Below are positions 1-10,429 of a stretch of 32,102 bases of DNA, in pieces. The DNA is taken from positions 1-32,102 of the IMG/VR virus record IMGVR_UViG_3300020043_000693. One strand, written 5' to 3'. Below the pieces are notes generated by a model that saw nothing but the letters and a program-made list of their open reading frames with translations, did no database searches and was not told where the DNA came from. Within the stretch, counting starts at the first letter, position 1, and each line of letters begins with the position of its first letter. This stretch comes from a virus (Duplodnaviria; Caudoviricetes). Made by a program: the position numbers and the translations under genes.

Positions 1-2
1 GG

Positions 3-1058
3 AGTCCGTATTTTGTAACGGTAAACGAAACAAGCCAATTAGGATCTAAGATTGAATTGTTTTTGTGGAACGATGGAACATCTGAGCCATCAACTGCAAC
101 TTATACATTCTCTAAATCTATCGCCTCCACATCACAAAGAGCAAACGTTTATAATATCTCTCCTTACGTTCGTGAATATATTGACAACGTAGCACCAGAT
201 GATACAACTGAATTGATGTGGGTTAATATCAAAATCAAACGCTACAAAGAAGCAACGCTTGGCTCTTACACGTTATTAGATACAACTACTCACGCAGGTG
301 TTAATGGTTATACGCTTTACACAGATGGCTACAATAAAACAGATGCAAACGATGAGTTTGTTGTTTTAGCAAATACTGCCATTGAGATTACTTACGAAGA
401 AGGAATTGCGGAGGCAGAATATCCTTATGTGAACGTGTATGCTGATTTAACATCTCCTGCTGAGATTAGAGCAGTTTACAAAGATAAGCATGGAAGAAAT
501 GAGGTTACTGTTACTTACGATACAGGAGACAAAGGAGTTATAAAGATTCCATTTAGAACGACATTAATCAAATACAACAAAGGGAATACATTGGCAATTC
601 AATGGAGACCAACTGGAGAGTACACAGATGTGACTAAAACATTTGTTGTAACTCCTATTTGCGAGCCTAAATTTACTCCAGTTCAATGTGCGTTTATTAA
701 TCGTTATGGTGGTTGGCAATTTTTAACTTTCTTTAAAGCTCAAAGCAATAGCATTCAAACGCAAGGAACAACTTTCAGAATGTTACCTAGTGCAGTAAAT
801 TACGACACAAGTAAGGCACAAACAAAATCATTTAATATCAACGGAACACAAAACATTAAATTGAACACAGGATGGGTTGATGAAAACTATTCCGAATTGA
901 TTCAAGATTTGATGCTTTCTGAAACTATTCTTTTAGATGGCAAGCCAGTTGAGATATTAACTACTTCAACTGATTTAAAGACTTCTTTAAAAGATAGAAA
1001 TATCAATTATGAGATTGATTTCCAATATGGTTATAGCTTAATAAACAACGTGATTTAA
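3..1058 (+). CDS. Tail structural protein, 5'-truncated
   Basis: The frame is open to the window edge (SPYFVTVNETSQLGSKIELFLW...), so the TTG at 57 is probably not the true start. Beta-rich and upstream of other tail genes. Confidence 0.6.
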   Translation, partial: SPYFVTVNETSQLGSKIELFLWNDGTSEPSTATYTFSKSIASTSQRANVYNISPYVREYIDNVAPDDTTELMWVNIKIKRYKEATLGSYTLLDTTTHAGVNGYTLYTDGYNKTDANDEFVVLANTAIEITYEEGIAEAEYPYVNVYADLTSPAEIRAVYKDKHGRNEVTVTYDTGDKGVIKIPFRTTLIKYNKGNTLAIQWRPTGEYTDVTKTFVVTPICEPKFTPVQCAFINRYGGWQFLTFFKAQSNSIQTQGTTFRMLPSAVNYDTSKAQTKSFNINGTQNIKLNTGWVDENYSELIQDLMLSETILLDGKPVEILTTSTDLKTSLKDRNINYEIDFQYGYSLINNVI

Positions 1059-3031
1059 TGGTAATTGTAGCAATTTATATTTATGATGATGTTACTGGTT
1101 TAGCTAATCGTGTTGAGTTATTCAATGATGAGAAGATAAGTGTCACTTCATCTGTTCAAGATGTAAATGACATCTCTAAAATCTTTACTGATTTCTCTCA
1201 GTCTTTTACCGTTCCAGCTTCTAATGCTAACAACAAGATTTTTAGACATTGGTATGAAAATGCTATTGAATCAGGATTTGATGCTAGAACAAGAAAAAGT
1301 GCTTACATTGAACTTGACACAATTCCATTTCGCAAAGGCAAGATTCAACTAGAAAAAGTTTCAGTTGTTAATGGACAAATAGAAAATTATCAAATTACTT
1401 TCTTTGGCTCTCTTATTTCTTTAAAAGATGCTTTTGCAGGCAAGTATTTAAAAGATTTAGATTACTCATCTGCAAACTTTACTTATTCAGGAGCAGATGT
1501 TGTGTCTAAGGTATCAACAACGACATCAAGCGATGTTAAATGGCCTTTGATAAGTTCGTATCGTGTATGGCAATATGATACAAGCGGAAGCACAATATAT
1601 AATTGGGATATTTCTAAAAATTCTCATCCAATTTATCATACTGATTTATTTCCTGCTCTTAGACTTTCAAAATTATTTGAAGTAATTGCTGAAAACTTAA
1701 ACATTACGTTTACAGGTAATTTCTTGACAGATGCAAGATTTACAAATGCGTTTCTTTGGTGTAAGAATGCAAATAACTTTGAAATTAAGGTAGAAGCTCT
1801 TGAGGTTATATTTCAAACTAAATACTCAACGACTGGATCATTAGAGTTGTTTGATTTAGATACTCACACGCTTACTTATGTAGATGAGGGAGGCTCAACG
1901 TTTATTGAGACACAAACATTTGATATTACTTGTACCGCTAACGGAATTGCATCCGTGTTTTATGTATACCGTAATGGAGTTAAGGTTTATGCTTTAAACT
2001 TTACTTCTTCAACTACTAGCCAGCAATTCGAATTATTGATTCGTTCTTCTGGAGATTATACATTTAAGATTAGCGCAGCAAGTACACTATCATTTACTTC
2101 AGAGCTAAACTTTGCAATCTCAGATGGCACTTCTGTTATTCGTGATATTGAAGTAATTCAAAGCACTACACAGACAACTAATACGCTTTTAGATTTGGCT
2201 AATTATATGCCAGAAATAAAGACAGAAGATTTCTTTGCAGGAGTTTTAAAGATGTTTAATCTTACTTGCTATTCTGATACGGCTGGTGTGTTTACAATTA
2301 CTCAGCTAGAAGATTGGTATAATGATGGAGAAATAAGAGATTTAACTGAGCATGTTATATCTGACAATTTTGACATTGAAAGAGTAACTCCTTATAAGAT
2401 GCTAAATTTTACTTATGAAGATAGTGAAGCTCTTTTAAACGTAGGTTATAAGCAAAACTCTCCTATCCCTTACGGAAACTTAAACTATTCATTAGATAAT
2501 GATGGAGCTGAATATAGCGTAAATCTTCCTTTTGAAAATATGCTATTTAGCAAATTTACAGGAACTAATTTACAGGTTAGTTATGCGCTAAAGACTGATT
2601 ATCAGCAATATATTCCAAAGCCTGTAATTTTATATGATTACGGAACGCTTCAAACGGTTTCAACTTATCATATTAATGACGGATCAACAACTGCCGCCAA
2701 AACAACTGCAAACATATTTGGGCAAGATACGGTAGTTTCAAGTGTAAATCACACGTTAAACTGGGGATTAGAGATTTCATCTTATACTCTAAATACCGAA
2801 GAGAATACATTATTTAATGATTATTACGAAGCGTATTTGAATAATATATACTCTGTCAAGTCACGAACTTTTATCATTAAGGCAATCCTACCAATAAGTA
2901 TAATATCATCGCTTAAATTGAATGACAGAGTGGTTATTCGTGATAAGAGATATGTTATTAATGCGTTCACAACTGACTTGACAACTGGAGAAGTAGAACT
3001 TAATCTTTTAACTGATTTTAGAGCATTATGA
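1058..3031 (+). CDS. Tail/baseplate structural protein (657 aa)
   Basis: N-terminal FSQSFTVPAS..NNKIF motif typical of Bacteroidetes siphophage tail proteins; adjacent to the tape measure gene. Confidence 0.6.
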   Translation: MVIVAIYIYDDVTGLANRVELFNDEKISVTSSVQDVNDISKIFTDFSQSFTVPASNANNKIFRHWYENAIESGFDARTRKSAYIELDTIPFRKGKIQLEKVSVVNGQIENYQITFFGSLISLKDAFAGKYLKDLDYSSANFTYSGADVVSKVSTTTSSDVKWPLISSYRVWQYDTSGSTIYNWDISKNSHPIYHTDLFPALRLSKLFEVIAENLNITFTGNFLTDARFTNAFLWCKNANNFEIKVEALEVIFQTKYSTTGSLELFDLDTHTLTYVDEGGSTFIETQTFDITCTANGIASVFYVYRNGVKVYALNFTSSTTSQQFELLIRSSGDYTFKISAASTLSFTSELNFAISDGTSVIRDIEVIQSTTQTTNTLLDLANYMPEIKTEDFFAGVLKMFNLTCYSDTAGVFTITQLEDWYNDGEIRDLTEHVISDNFDIERVTPYKMLNFTYEDSEALLNVGYKQNSPIPYGNLNYSLDNDGAEYSVNLPFENMLFSKFTGTNLQVSYALKTDYQQYIPKPVILYDYGTLQTVSTYHINDGSTTAAKTTANIFGQDTVVSSVNHTLNWGLEISSYTLNTEENTLFNDYYEAYLNNIYSVKSRTFIIKAILPISIISSLKLNDRVVIRDKRYVINAFTTDLTTGEVELNLLTDFRAL

Positions 3032-3186
3032 TAAAATTGATAATAGAAATGTTAAATGTTTTGCCTCATTATAATCAGAGCGAAACAATAGAAATTGCCA
3101 AAGGTAAACACGAGCTACCAACGACAATAAAAAAAGGATGGAATCAAATTAAACGTAATTACAAATGGCAAAGTCAATCGAAGTAG
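3028..3186 (+). CDS. Small hypothetical protein (52 aa, MIKLIIEMLNVLPHYNQSETIEIAKGKHELP...)
   Basis: Translated by hand. ATGA overlap with the upstream stop; fills the gap before the tape measure gene; below the ORF-track cutoff. Confidence 0.6.
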   Translation: MIKLIIEMLNVLPHYNQSETIEIAKGKHELPTTIKKGWNQIKRNYKWQSQSK

Positions 3187-4721
3187 ATATTAATGTAAAC
3201 AACAACATTGAAGGATCTATTGCTCAATTAAAAGCTCTAAAAAGAGAGTTAAAAAATACTGCCGTAGGTACAGAAGAATTTAAAAATCTATTTAATCAGA
3301 TAGATGACTTAGAAGACAAAATTAAGTCTGCTAAAAACGTTTCTAGCGATTGGATAGATACTTTAGAATCAGCAGGTGGTCCAGTAGGAATGCTAGGCGG
3401 AGCTTTAAACAAAGCTAAAGTTGCAACGCAATCATTTGGCTCAGCATTAAAAGCAACAGGTATTGGTTTAATTGTTGCCGCAGTTGGTGGATTAGTTGCT
3501 GCATTCTCTGAATCAGAATCTGCAATGAAGAAACTTCAACCTTTGTTTATTGGGTTGGAGAAAATTCTTGGCGGAATAATGAAAGTATTTGAGCCATTAC
3601 TTGATATGTTTATTGAGTTGGCTTTAAAAGCATTGCCATTTATCACAAAAGGTATTGGCGGATTTTATTCAGGATTGTTTGCCTTATTTACATTGCTTAA
3701 AAATGTAGGTATGGGAGCTGGAAATATCTTAAAAGGTATTTTCACTCTTGATTTTGATGCAATTAAAGAAGGTTACAATCAATTAACTGGAAGCTGGGGA
3801 GCAGCGGTCAAGGATTTTGAAGCAACTAATAAAAGATTTGCCGAAGGAACAAGAGAGCAAACTAAAACTGAAAAGGCAAACTCTAAAGAAAGAGTTGAAA
3901 ATAGAAAAGCTGAGAAGAAACAAAAAGATGAAATTGTTGATGCAGAACTCTTAAAGCTCCGTGAATTTCAAGGCGAGTATGAAAATTACCTTAAACAAAT
4001 TGCAGATTTAGAAAAGCAATATACTCTTGAAGCAGAAAATACCCAAGCCGAAACGGAACAACAAAAATTAAACCTTTGGTATAGAAGACAAAAAGAAGAA
4101 ATTGATCGCATAACAAAGGCAGGTGGCGAAAGAAATAATTTATATGCTTTACTTGAAATTCAAAGAGCTGCAAAGCAAGAAGAGATAAACAAAAAAGCAG
4201 CAGAAGAAGAGCAAAAGATTTTAGATGCAAGACTTGCCGCACAAATGCAATTTGTTGATGCTATTCAAGGAGTGCTTCAAGGATTAGGTGCTTTGTTTGA
4301 ACAAGGGAGCGCGGAGGCTAAAGCATTTGCATTGTTAGATATTGCGGTAGGAACTGCAAAAGGATTTATTCAAGGATTAGATATTGCACAAAAATCTGCT
4401 GCGGCAACTGGTCCTGGAGCTGCATTTGCATTCCCTATATTTTATGCATCACAAATAGGGGCAGTTTTGGCAGCGGCTGGAAGAGCAAAAGCAATTTTAG
4501 CATCAAGCTCTGCATCTTCATCAGGTGGAGCATCTGCATCAGCTCCTTCTGCACCTCAAGCCCCTTCATTTAACGTTGTGGGAAACTCAGGAGCAAATCA
4601 AATTGCACAAACAATTGGCAGACAATCACAATCTCCAATTAAAGCTTATGTGGTATCTAAAGATGTAACAACACAACAAGCACTTGACAGAAATATTGTT
4701 AAAAGTGCAACTTTAGGTTAG
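3165..4721 (+). CDS. Tail tape measure protein
   Basis: Helical and Ala/Gly-rich with hydrophobic segments (TGIGLIVAAVGGLVAAF) and coiled coils; C-terminal IKAYVVSKDVT motif. Confidence 0.75.
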   Translation: MAKSIEVDINVNNNIEGSIAQLKALKRELKNTAVGTEEFKNLFNQIDDLEDKIKSAKNVSSDWIDTLESAGGPVGMLGGALNKAKVATQSFGSALKATGIGLIVAAVGGLVAAFSESESAMKKLQPLFIGLEKILGGIMKVFEPLLDMFIELALKALPFITKGIGGFYSGLFALFTLLKNVGMGAGNILKGIFTLDFDAIKEGYNQLTGSWGAAVKDFEATNKRFAEGTREQTKTEKANSKERVENRKAEKKQKDEIVDAELLKLREFQGEYENYLKQIADLEKQYTLEAENTQAETEQQKLNLWYRRQKEEIDRITKAGGERNNLYALLEIQRAAKQEEINKKAAEEEQKILDARLAAQMQFVDAIQGVLQGLGALFEQGSAEAKAFALLDIAVGTAKGFIQGLDIAQKSAAATGPGAAFAFPIFYASQIGAVLAAAGRAKAILASSSASSSGGASASAPSAPQAPSFNVVGNSGANQIAQTIGRQSQSPIKAYVVSKDVTTQQALDRNIVKSATLG

Positions 4722-4730
4722 TGAAAATAA

Positions 4731-4761
4731 AACAAGGGTAATTTTTAAACGTTTATGCGAT
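4731..4761 (+). promoter_or_regulatory. Putative phage late promoter 1 (ECF-type)
   Basis: AACAA(4731)-N13-ACGTTTAT(4749)-N5-ATG(4762); same architecture at 7766 and 31370. Confidence 0.75.
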
Positions 4762-5340
4762 ATGAGAATCGTAGAATTAGTAATTGAAAAGGACTTGGAT
4801 GGCATTGATGCCGTTAGCTTAGTAGATGCTCCAGCAATCGAAGAAAACTTTATTGCTTTGGCAAAAGAATATAAAATGGACTTAGCTGAGGTAGATTCTG
4901 AAAAGCGTATCTTAATGGGCGCTGCTTTAATTCCTAATAAGCAAATCTATCGCAAGCACGGAAAAGATGAGTTCTATGTTTTCTTTTCTGAGAACACAGT
5001 TAAGAAAGCAAGCGAGTTATTCTTACAAAATGGCAATCAGTCAAACGCTACTTTAGAACACAAGACTAAATTTGATGGTGCAACGGTTGTTGAATCTTGG
5101 ATTATAGATAACCCAGAAATGGATAAGTCTAAAAACTACGGATTCTCTTTACCAAAAGGCACTTGGATGATCTCAATGAAAATTGAAGATGATAAAGTTT
5201 GGAATGATGCTAAGGAAGGCAAGTACAAAGGATTTTCAATTGAAGGATATTTTGCAGACAAGTTAGAAATGTCTCTTCAAGATATTGAAGCAGAAAATTT
5301 AATAAACGAAATACTAAACATTTTAAAAGATGGCAAGTAA
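4762..5340 (+). CDS. Prohead protease (XkdF-like)
   Basis: AVSLVDAPAIEENF, ESWII, GTW and KGFSIEG motifs; precedes the scaffold and capsid genes. Confidence 0.8.
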   Translation: MRIVELVIEKDLDGIDAVSLVDAPAIEENFIALAKEYKMDLAEVDSEKRILMGAALIPNKQIYRKHGKDEFYVFFSENTVKKASELFLQNGNQSNATLEHKTKFDGATVVESWIIDNPEMDKSKNYGFSLPKGTWMISMKIEDDKVWNDAKEGKYKGFSIEGYFADKLEMSLQDIEAENLINEILNILKDGK

Positions 5341-5515
5341 AAAAACAAGTCCACAAGCAAGCAATAAAGAGGCTTGTCTTTGTGAAAATGGCACATACTC
5401 AAAGGAGTGTTGCAAAGGAGAAGAAATTAATCAAGGCATTGGTGCTTTAGTTGGTCAAGGATCTTCAGTTGTAATTAACACAAACGAGCCTCGCACAGTA
5501 GGTTCTGGAAGCTAG
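5330..5515 (+). CDS. Small Cys-rich hypothetical protein in the head module
   Basis: CLCENGTYSKECC motif; overlaps the protease stop. Confidence 0.6.
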   Translation: MASKKTSPQASNKEACLCENGTYSKECCKGEEINQGIGALVGQGSSVVINTNEPRTVGSGS

Positions 5516-5536
5516 TAAATTAAACAAACAAATAAA

Positions 5537-6139
5537 ATGAAGTACAAAGACAAATTAAACCAAATCAAAGCACTTTTGTCGCTTGAGGTTAAACTTGCTC
5601 AAATGACTTTGGCAGATGGTATTACTATCATTGAAGCAGAAGAATTTGAGCCTGAATACTCAGTTGGCATTGTGACTCCCGATGGAATCGTGCCGATGCC
5701 AGTTGGAGAGTATGAATTGCAAGATGGTTCAATGGTAGTTGTTGAGGTTGAAGGAATCATTGATTCAGTAGGTGCAAAAGCCGAAGAAGTAGCACCTGAA
5801 GCTGAGCAAGCACCTGAAGAAGTAGTTGCTCCAGAAATGGAAGCAGAAGCATCTGCACCACAACCTAAAAGAATCGTTGAATCAGTTTCAAAAGAAACAT
5901 TCTTCGAATCTCAATTAGCAGAATTGAAAGCTGAATTAGATGCTTTAAAAGCAGAAAACGATGCATTGAAATTATCTGCTCAGGTTAAAGAAGAAGAAGT
6001 TCAGTTAGCATCTGAAGAAGAAGGAGCTGAGCCAATCGCTTTTAATCCTGAATCAGCAATCAAGCCTGAAGGTTTCCGTTATTCAAAGAATCGCACAAAA
6101 AACATTCAGGATTCAGTTTACAACAAATTATTCAACTAA
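5537..6139 (+). CDS. Capsid scaffolding protein
   Basis: Acidic with a coiled coil (LAELKAELDALKAENDAL); lies between the protease and capsid genes. Confidence 0.65.
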   Translation: MKYKDKLNQIKALLSLEVKLAQMTLADGITIIEAEEFEPEYSVGIVTPDGIVPMPVGEYELQDGSMVVVEVEGIIDSVGAKAEEVAPEAEQAPEEVVAPEMEAEASAPQPKRIVESVSKETFFESQLAELKAELDALKAENDALKLSAQVKEEEVQLASEEEGAEPIAFNPESAIKPEGFRYSKNRTKNIQDSVYNKLFN

Positions 6140-6156
6140 AATTAATTAAATAAGAA

Positions 6157-7110
6157 ATGGCAACTACAACGTCAATCACAACAACTTACGCTGGCGAGTT
6201 TAAAGATAAAATTATCGCAGCGGCATTATTATCTTCTCCAACTATCGACAACGGTGGTATTGAGATCAAACCAAACGTAAAGTACAAAGAGGTAATTAAG
6301 AAAATTGCTACTGATGCAATCTTAAAAGATGCTACTTGTGATTTTACTGCTACTTCAACTGTTACTTTAACTGAGCGTGTTTTACAACCAGAAGAGTTCC
6401 AAGTAAACTTACAACTTTGCAAGAAAGATTTCCACTCAGATTGGTTATCAGCTCAACAAGGTTATTCAGCATTTGATGTATTACCAAAGTCTTTCGCTGA
6501 TTTCTTAGTAGCTCATGTTGCTGCTAAAGTTGCTGCTAAAAACGAAACTAACATCTGGACTGGTGTTACTGCTAACGCAGGCGAATTCAATGGTATTATG
6601 ACATTGTTAGCTGCTGATGCTGCATTGCCAACTGCTAACGAAGTTGCTGGTACTACTGTAACTGCTTCTAACGTTGTTGCTGAATTAGGCAAAATAGTTG
6701 ATGCTATTCCTTCAACTCTTTACACTAACGAAAACCTTTATATCTACGTTTCACAAAACATCGCTCGTGCTTACGTTCGTGCTTTAGGTGGATTTGGTGC
6801 TTCAGGTTTAGGTGCTAATGGTACAAACACACAAGGAACTCAATGGTACAACAACGGATCATTATCATTTGATGGTGTTAAAATCTTTGTTGCAAACGGT
6901 TTAGCTTCTAACACGGCTTGTGCTACATTAAAAGACAACTTATACTTCGGTACAGGCTTAATGTCTGACATGACTGAAGTTAAAGTTATCGATATGGCTG
7001 ATATTGATGGATCACAAAACGTTCGTGTTGTTATGCGCTTAACTGCTGGTGTTCAATACGGAATCGTTGAAGACATCGTTACTTACGGTATCACAAACTC
7101 AGCTAACTAA
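6157..7110 (+). CDS. Major capsid protein
   Basis: 317 aa with strong codon bias (GCT/ACT/AAC/TTC); follows the scaffold gene and is followed by a terminator-like hairpin. Confidence 0.8.
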   Translation: MATTTSITTTYAGEFKDKIIAAALLSSPTIDNGGIEIKPNVKYKEVIKKIATDAILKDATCDFTATSTVTLTERVLQPEEFQVNLQLCKKDFHSDWLSAQQGYSAFDVLPKSFADFLVAHVAAKVAAKNETNIWTGVTANAGEFNGIMTLLAADAALPTANEVAGTTVTASNVVAELGKIVDAIPSTLYTNENLYIYVSQNIARAYVRALGGFGASGLGANGTNTQGTQWYNNGSLSFDGVKIFVANGLASNTACATLKDNLYFGTGLMSDMTEVKVIDMADIDGSQNVRVVMRLTAGVQYGIVEDIVTYGITNSAN

Positions 7111-7126
7111 TTAGCAAACTAAAAAA

Positions 7127-7157
7127 AGCACCTCGTTAATTCGGGGTGCTAATTTTT
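7127..7157 (+). terminator. Hairpin after the capsid gene (probably leaky terminator)
   Basis: AGCACCTCG-TTAATT-CGGGGTGCT followed by AATTTTT. Confidence 0.6.
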
Positions 7158-7179
7158 AACGTTTTAAATAAAAATTAAT

Positions 7180-7707
7180 ATGGCTTGCGATATTTCATTA
7201 GGACGCATTGAGCCTTGCAAAACGAGTACAGGTGGCTTAAAAGCCGTGTACTTTGTGAACTGGGGAGATGCGACAGGTTACACATACGATGCAACCGATA
7301 CTGATGTAATTGATGCGGTAACTGGAACTCCTTCAGCTTATAAGTATGAAGTAAAAGGAAACTCTAGCTTTGAGCAAACAATTACATCTAGCCGTGAGAA
7401 CGGAACAACTTACTTCGAGCAAGTTATCAACTTGACTTTGAAAAAATTATCAATTGCAGACCACAAGCAAGTTAAATTATTAGCTTATGGCCGTCCTCAA
7501 GTAATTGTTGAAGACACAAATGGTAATTTCTTTTACGCAGGCTTACAACACGGATGTGAAGTAACAGGCGGAACAATCGTAACAGGTGCAGCAATGGGCG
7601 ATCTTTCAGGTTACACATTGGTATTAACTGGACAAGAGCCAGTACCTGCAAACTTCTTAGGAGCTTCACTTTCAAGTGCAGGTTTCACAGTAGTTACAGG
7701 ATCTTAA
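7180..7707 (+). CDS. Major tail tube protein
   Basis: 175 aa; GTTYFEQVINLTL and TGAAMGDLSGYTLVLTG motifs resemble Bacteroidetes phage tube proteins. Confidence 0.7.
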   Translation: MACDISLGRIEPCKTSTGGLKAVYFVNWGDATGYTYDATDTDVIDAVTGTPSAYKYEVKGNSSFEQTITSSRENGTTYFEQVINLTLKKLSIADHKQVKLLAYGRPQVIVEDTNGNFFYAGLQHGCEVTGGTIVTGAAMGDLSGYTLVLTGQEPVPANFLGASLSSAGFTVVTGS

Positions 7708-7729
7708 TTAAGATTGTTTTTTGTGTTTT

Positions 7730-7762
7730 GAAAGGGGGACTTGATTGTCCCTCTTTCCATTT
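7730..7762 (+). terminator. Intrinsic terminator-like hairpin
   Basis: GAAAGGGGGAC-TTGATT-GTCCCTCTTTC; immediately precedes late promoter 2. Confidence 0.65.
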
Positions 7763-7765
7763 ATA

Positions 7766-7796
7766 AACAAACGATATTAATTTACGTTTATCTATT
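7766..7796 (+). promoter_or_regulatory. Putative phage late promoter 2 (ECF-type)
   Basis: AACAA(7766)-N13-ACGTTTAT(7784)-N5-GTG(7797). Confidence 0.75.
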
Positions 7797-8123
7797 GTGA
7801 TAGTATTAAAAGAACAAGGAACTGCACAAACGGTGCGATTTATCCCTACTCGAAAAAGTAGCGGAACTTCTTTAATTTTAAGGAACGAATCAACTAACGT
7901 TTCTACCACATATTCAATTACGACTACATCAACATCTTACTATTCTACATTCTCTAAAATCTTGAACTTAGAAGAAGGTCACTTTTACGAGATGACAATT
8001 AAAGATGGCGAAGATTTAGTTTATCGTGATAAAGTATTTTGCACAAACCAAACGATTGCAACTTATTCGGTTAATAATGGCGAATATGTAGAAAGCACTC
8101 AAAACATAATTTTCTATGAGTAA
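7797..8123 (+). CDS. Hypothetical virion/neck protein
   Basis: 108 aa, beta-rich; overlaps the portal start. Confidence 0.55.
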   Translation: MIVLKEQGTAQTVRFIPTRKSSGTSLILRNESTNVSTTYSITTTSTSYYSTFSKILNLEEGHFYEMTIKDGEDLVYRDKVFCTNQTIATYSVNNGEYVESTQNIIFYE

Positions 8124-9849
8124 CGTTCACGTTTTTAATTTTGAATCTCATAAGCCTCCGACAAGCACAGAATCGAAAAGAGATAACTGGGTAGAGTTTG
8201 GCGATGATAACGATTACTTTCAGTATTTAATTGATAGATATAATAACTCGACTACAAATAACTCGGTTATTAACTCAATTAATAAACTGATTTATGGTCG
8301 TGGCTTAGATGCAACGGATTCAAATAAGAAGCCGAACGATTACGCTCAGATGAAAATGTTATTCCGTCCTGAGGTATTAAAATGCGTTATTGCAGATTAT
8401 AAATTATTAGGACAAGGTTACTTTCAATTAATCTATAACAAGGCTAAAAATGCGATTGTTAGAGTGGAGCATATTCCAGCACAATTATTAAGAGCTGAAA
8501 AATGCAACGATAAAGGCGAAATAACAGGTTACTATTATTCTGACAATTGGAAAGAGACTAAGAAATTCCCGCCTAAAAGAATCCCTGCATTTGGATATGG
8601 AGATAAAACTCTTGAATTGCTTTGTGTGCGTGATTATAGCGTAGGACAAAAGTATTATTCCAATGTAGATTATATCGGTGCATTAGCTTATGCTACTTTA
8701 GAAGAAGAAATTGCTGATTACTTAATCAACGATGTACAAAACGGATTCTCTCCTACATCTGTAATTAACTTTAACAACGGAGTACCAGATGAAGAGAAAC
8801 AAAGCCTAATTGCTTCAGATGTTAAGCGTAAACTTTCAGGATCTAATGGAGCGAAGATTGTAGTTGCTTTTAATAGCGATGAAACTAAGAAAACCACTAT
8901 TGATTCAGTTCCTTTAAATGATGCTCCGGCTCATTACCAATATCTAAGCGAAGAATCAAGAGGCAAGATTTTGCTTGGTCATTCAATTACATCTGGATTG
9001 TTATTTGGTATCCCATCTGCTAATGGATTTAGCTCTAATGCAGATGAATTAAAGAATGCTTCTATCTTATTTGATAACTTGGTTATTAGACCAAAGCAAT
9101 ACAGAGTTTTAGAGGCATTAGATGAAATCTTAGCATTCAACGGAGTAACATTAAATCTTTACTTTAAGACTTTACAACCTTTGGAATTTATTGATCAAAA
9201 TCCTGTAATGGATTCTGCTACAATGGAGGAAGAGACAGGTGTAAAATTATCTTCTCATATTGATGAGCTAGATGTCGAAGAATTTGGTGCAGAAATGAAT
9301 CCTAATGAATGGGAATTGATTGATGCTAGACCAGTATCATACGAAGATGAAGAACGCTTAGATGCAGAATTAGAGGCTTTAAATAATCCATCTAAATCTA
9401 TTATGTCTAAGGTTTGGGAGTTTGTAACAACAGGAGTTGCAAGACCAGACTTAAAATCAGAGCAAGATGGGAAGTTGTTTGCATCTCGTTACAGATATAG
9501 CGGTACAATCACAGATAAATCTCGTGAGTTTTGCAAGAAGATGATTTCTGCTAATAAGTTATATCGCAAAGAAGATATTATTCGTATGGGAAACAATCCT
9601 AAAACGAATGAAGGATGGGGGCCACGTGGAGCAGATACTTACGACATATTTCTTTACAAAGGAGGTGGAGCTTGTCATCATTTTTGGACTCGTGAAACTT
9701 ATAAACGTTTTACGGATCCTAGAAGAAAAGGTGCAGAACAAATTACACCAGCTCAAGCTCGTAAAGCAGGAGAGATTTTACCAACTAATCCGATGAAAGT
9801 ATATGAGAAACCAATCAATATGCCTAATCAAGGATTTTTACCTAAATAA
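8116..9849 (+). CDS. Portal protein with C-terminal extension
   Basis: WVEFGDDNDYFQYLIDRY, NGFSPTSVINFNNG and LFGI...FSSNADEL portal-like motifs; additional C-terminal domain. Confidence 0.8.
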   Translation: MSNVHVFNFESHKPPTSTESKRDNWVEFGDDNDYFQYLIDRYNNSTTNNSVINSINKLIYGRGLDATDSNKKPNDYAQMKMLFRPEVLKCVIADYKLLGQGYFQLIYNKAKNAIVRVEHIPAQLLRAEKCNDKGEITGYYYSDNWKETKKFPPKRIPAFGYGDKTLELLCVRDYSVGQKYYSNVDYIGALAYATLEEEIADYLINDVQNGFSPTSVINFNNGVPDEEKQSLIASDVKRKLSGSNGAKIVVAFNSDETKKTTIDSVPLNDAPAHYQYLSEESRGKILLGHSITSGLLFGIPSANGFSSNADELKNASILFDNLVIRPKQYRVLEALDEILAFNGVTLNLYFKTLQPLEFIDQNPVMDSATMEEETGVKLSSHIDELDVEEFGAEMNPNEWELIDARPVSYEDEERLDAELEALNNPSKSIMSKVWEFVTTGVARPDLKSEQDGKLFASRYRYSGTITDKSREFCKKMISANKLYRKEDIIRMGNNPKTNEGWGPRGADTYDIFLYKGGGACHHFWTRETYKRFTDPRRKGAEQITPAQARKAGEILPTNPMKVYEKPINMPNQGFLPK

Positions 9850-9852
9850 GAA

Positions 9853-10353
9853 ATGGCACAAGCATTATTTATAACTCGTGAGGATTTAGTTAAGTTTACT
9901 GCGTTAAATGGTAACATTGACACGGATCGCTTTATCCAATGGATTAAAGTGGCTCAAGACATCCACATCCAAAATTATTTAGGCACAAAATTGTTTTATA
10001 AAATTAATGATGGCATAGTAGATGGCACTCTTGCTAATCCTTATTTGACTTTATTAAACGTGTATATTAAACCGATGGTAATTCATTGGTCAATGGTAGA
10101 GTTTATGCCATTCTCAGCTTACACATTTGCAGGCAAAGGAGTATTTAAACACTCATCTGAAAATGCACAAAACGTTGAAAAGGATGAAATAGATTTCTTA
10201 ATTGAAAAAGAAAGATCAATTGCAGAGCATTACACTCGCAGATTTATAGATTATATGTCGTTTAATCAGTCTCAATTTCCTGAATATAATACGAACAACA
10301 ATGCAGATATGTTCCCAGACAAACAAGCGGACTTCGGTGGCTGGTATCTCTAG
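9853..10353 (+). CDS. Head-tail adaptor/connector
   Basis: Helical 166 aa protein right after the portal; AQDIHIQNYLGTKL motif. Confidence 0.6.
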   Translation: MAQALFITREDLVKFTALNGNIDTDRFIQWIKVAQDIHIQNYLGTKLFYKINDGIVDGTLANPYLTLLNVYIKPMVIHWSMVEFMPFSAYTFAGKGVFKHSSENAQNVEKDEIDFLIEKERSIAEHYTRRFIDYMSFNQSQFPEYNTNNNADMFPDKQADFGGWYL

Positions 10354-10429
10354 GGGTAAATATGCCACTAAAGACACGAACGTTAAAAAACTAAAGGTTT
10401 ACCTTAATAAAATAGAAAATGGCTCTTAA
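10337..10429 (+). CDS. Possible 30 aa basic peptide (…KYATKDTNVKKLKVYLNKIENGS)
   Basis: Translated by hand from a GTG; spans the gap and overlaps both neighbours. Confidence 0.3.
   Translation: MAGISRGKYATKDTNVKKLKVYLNKIENGS

Noticed and set aside
7151-7180. Fourth late promoter before the tail tube gene (AACGTTTT)
   Set aside because: Lacks the AACAA box at 13 nt spacing and the 5 nt distance to the start codon.
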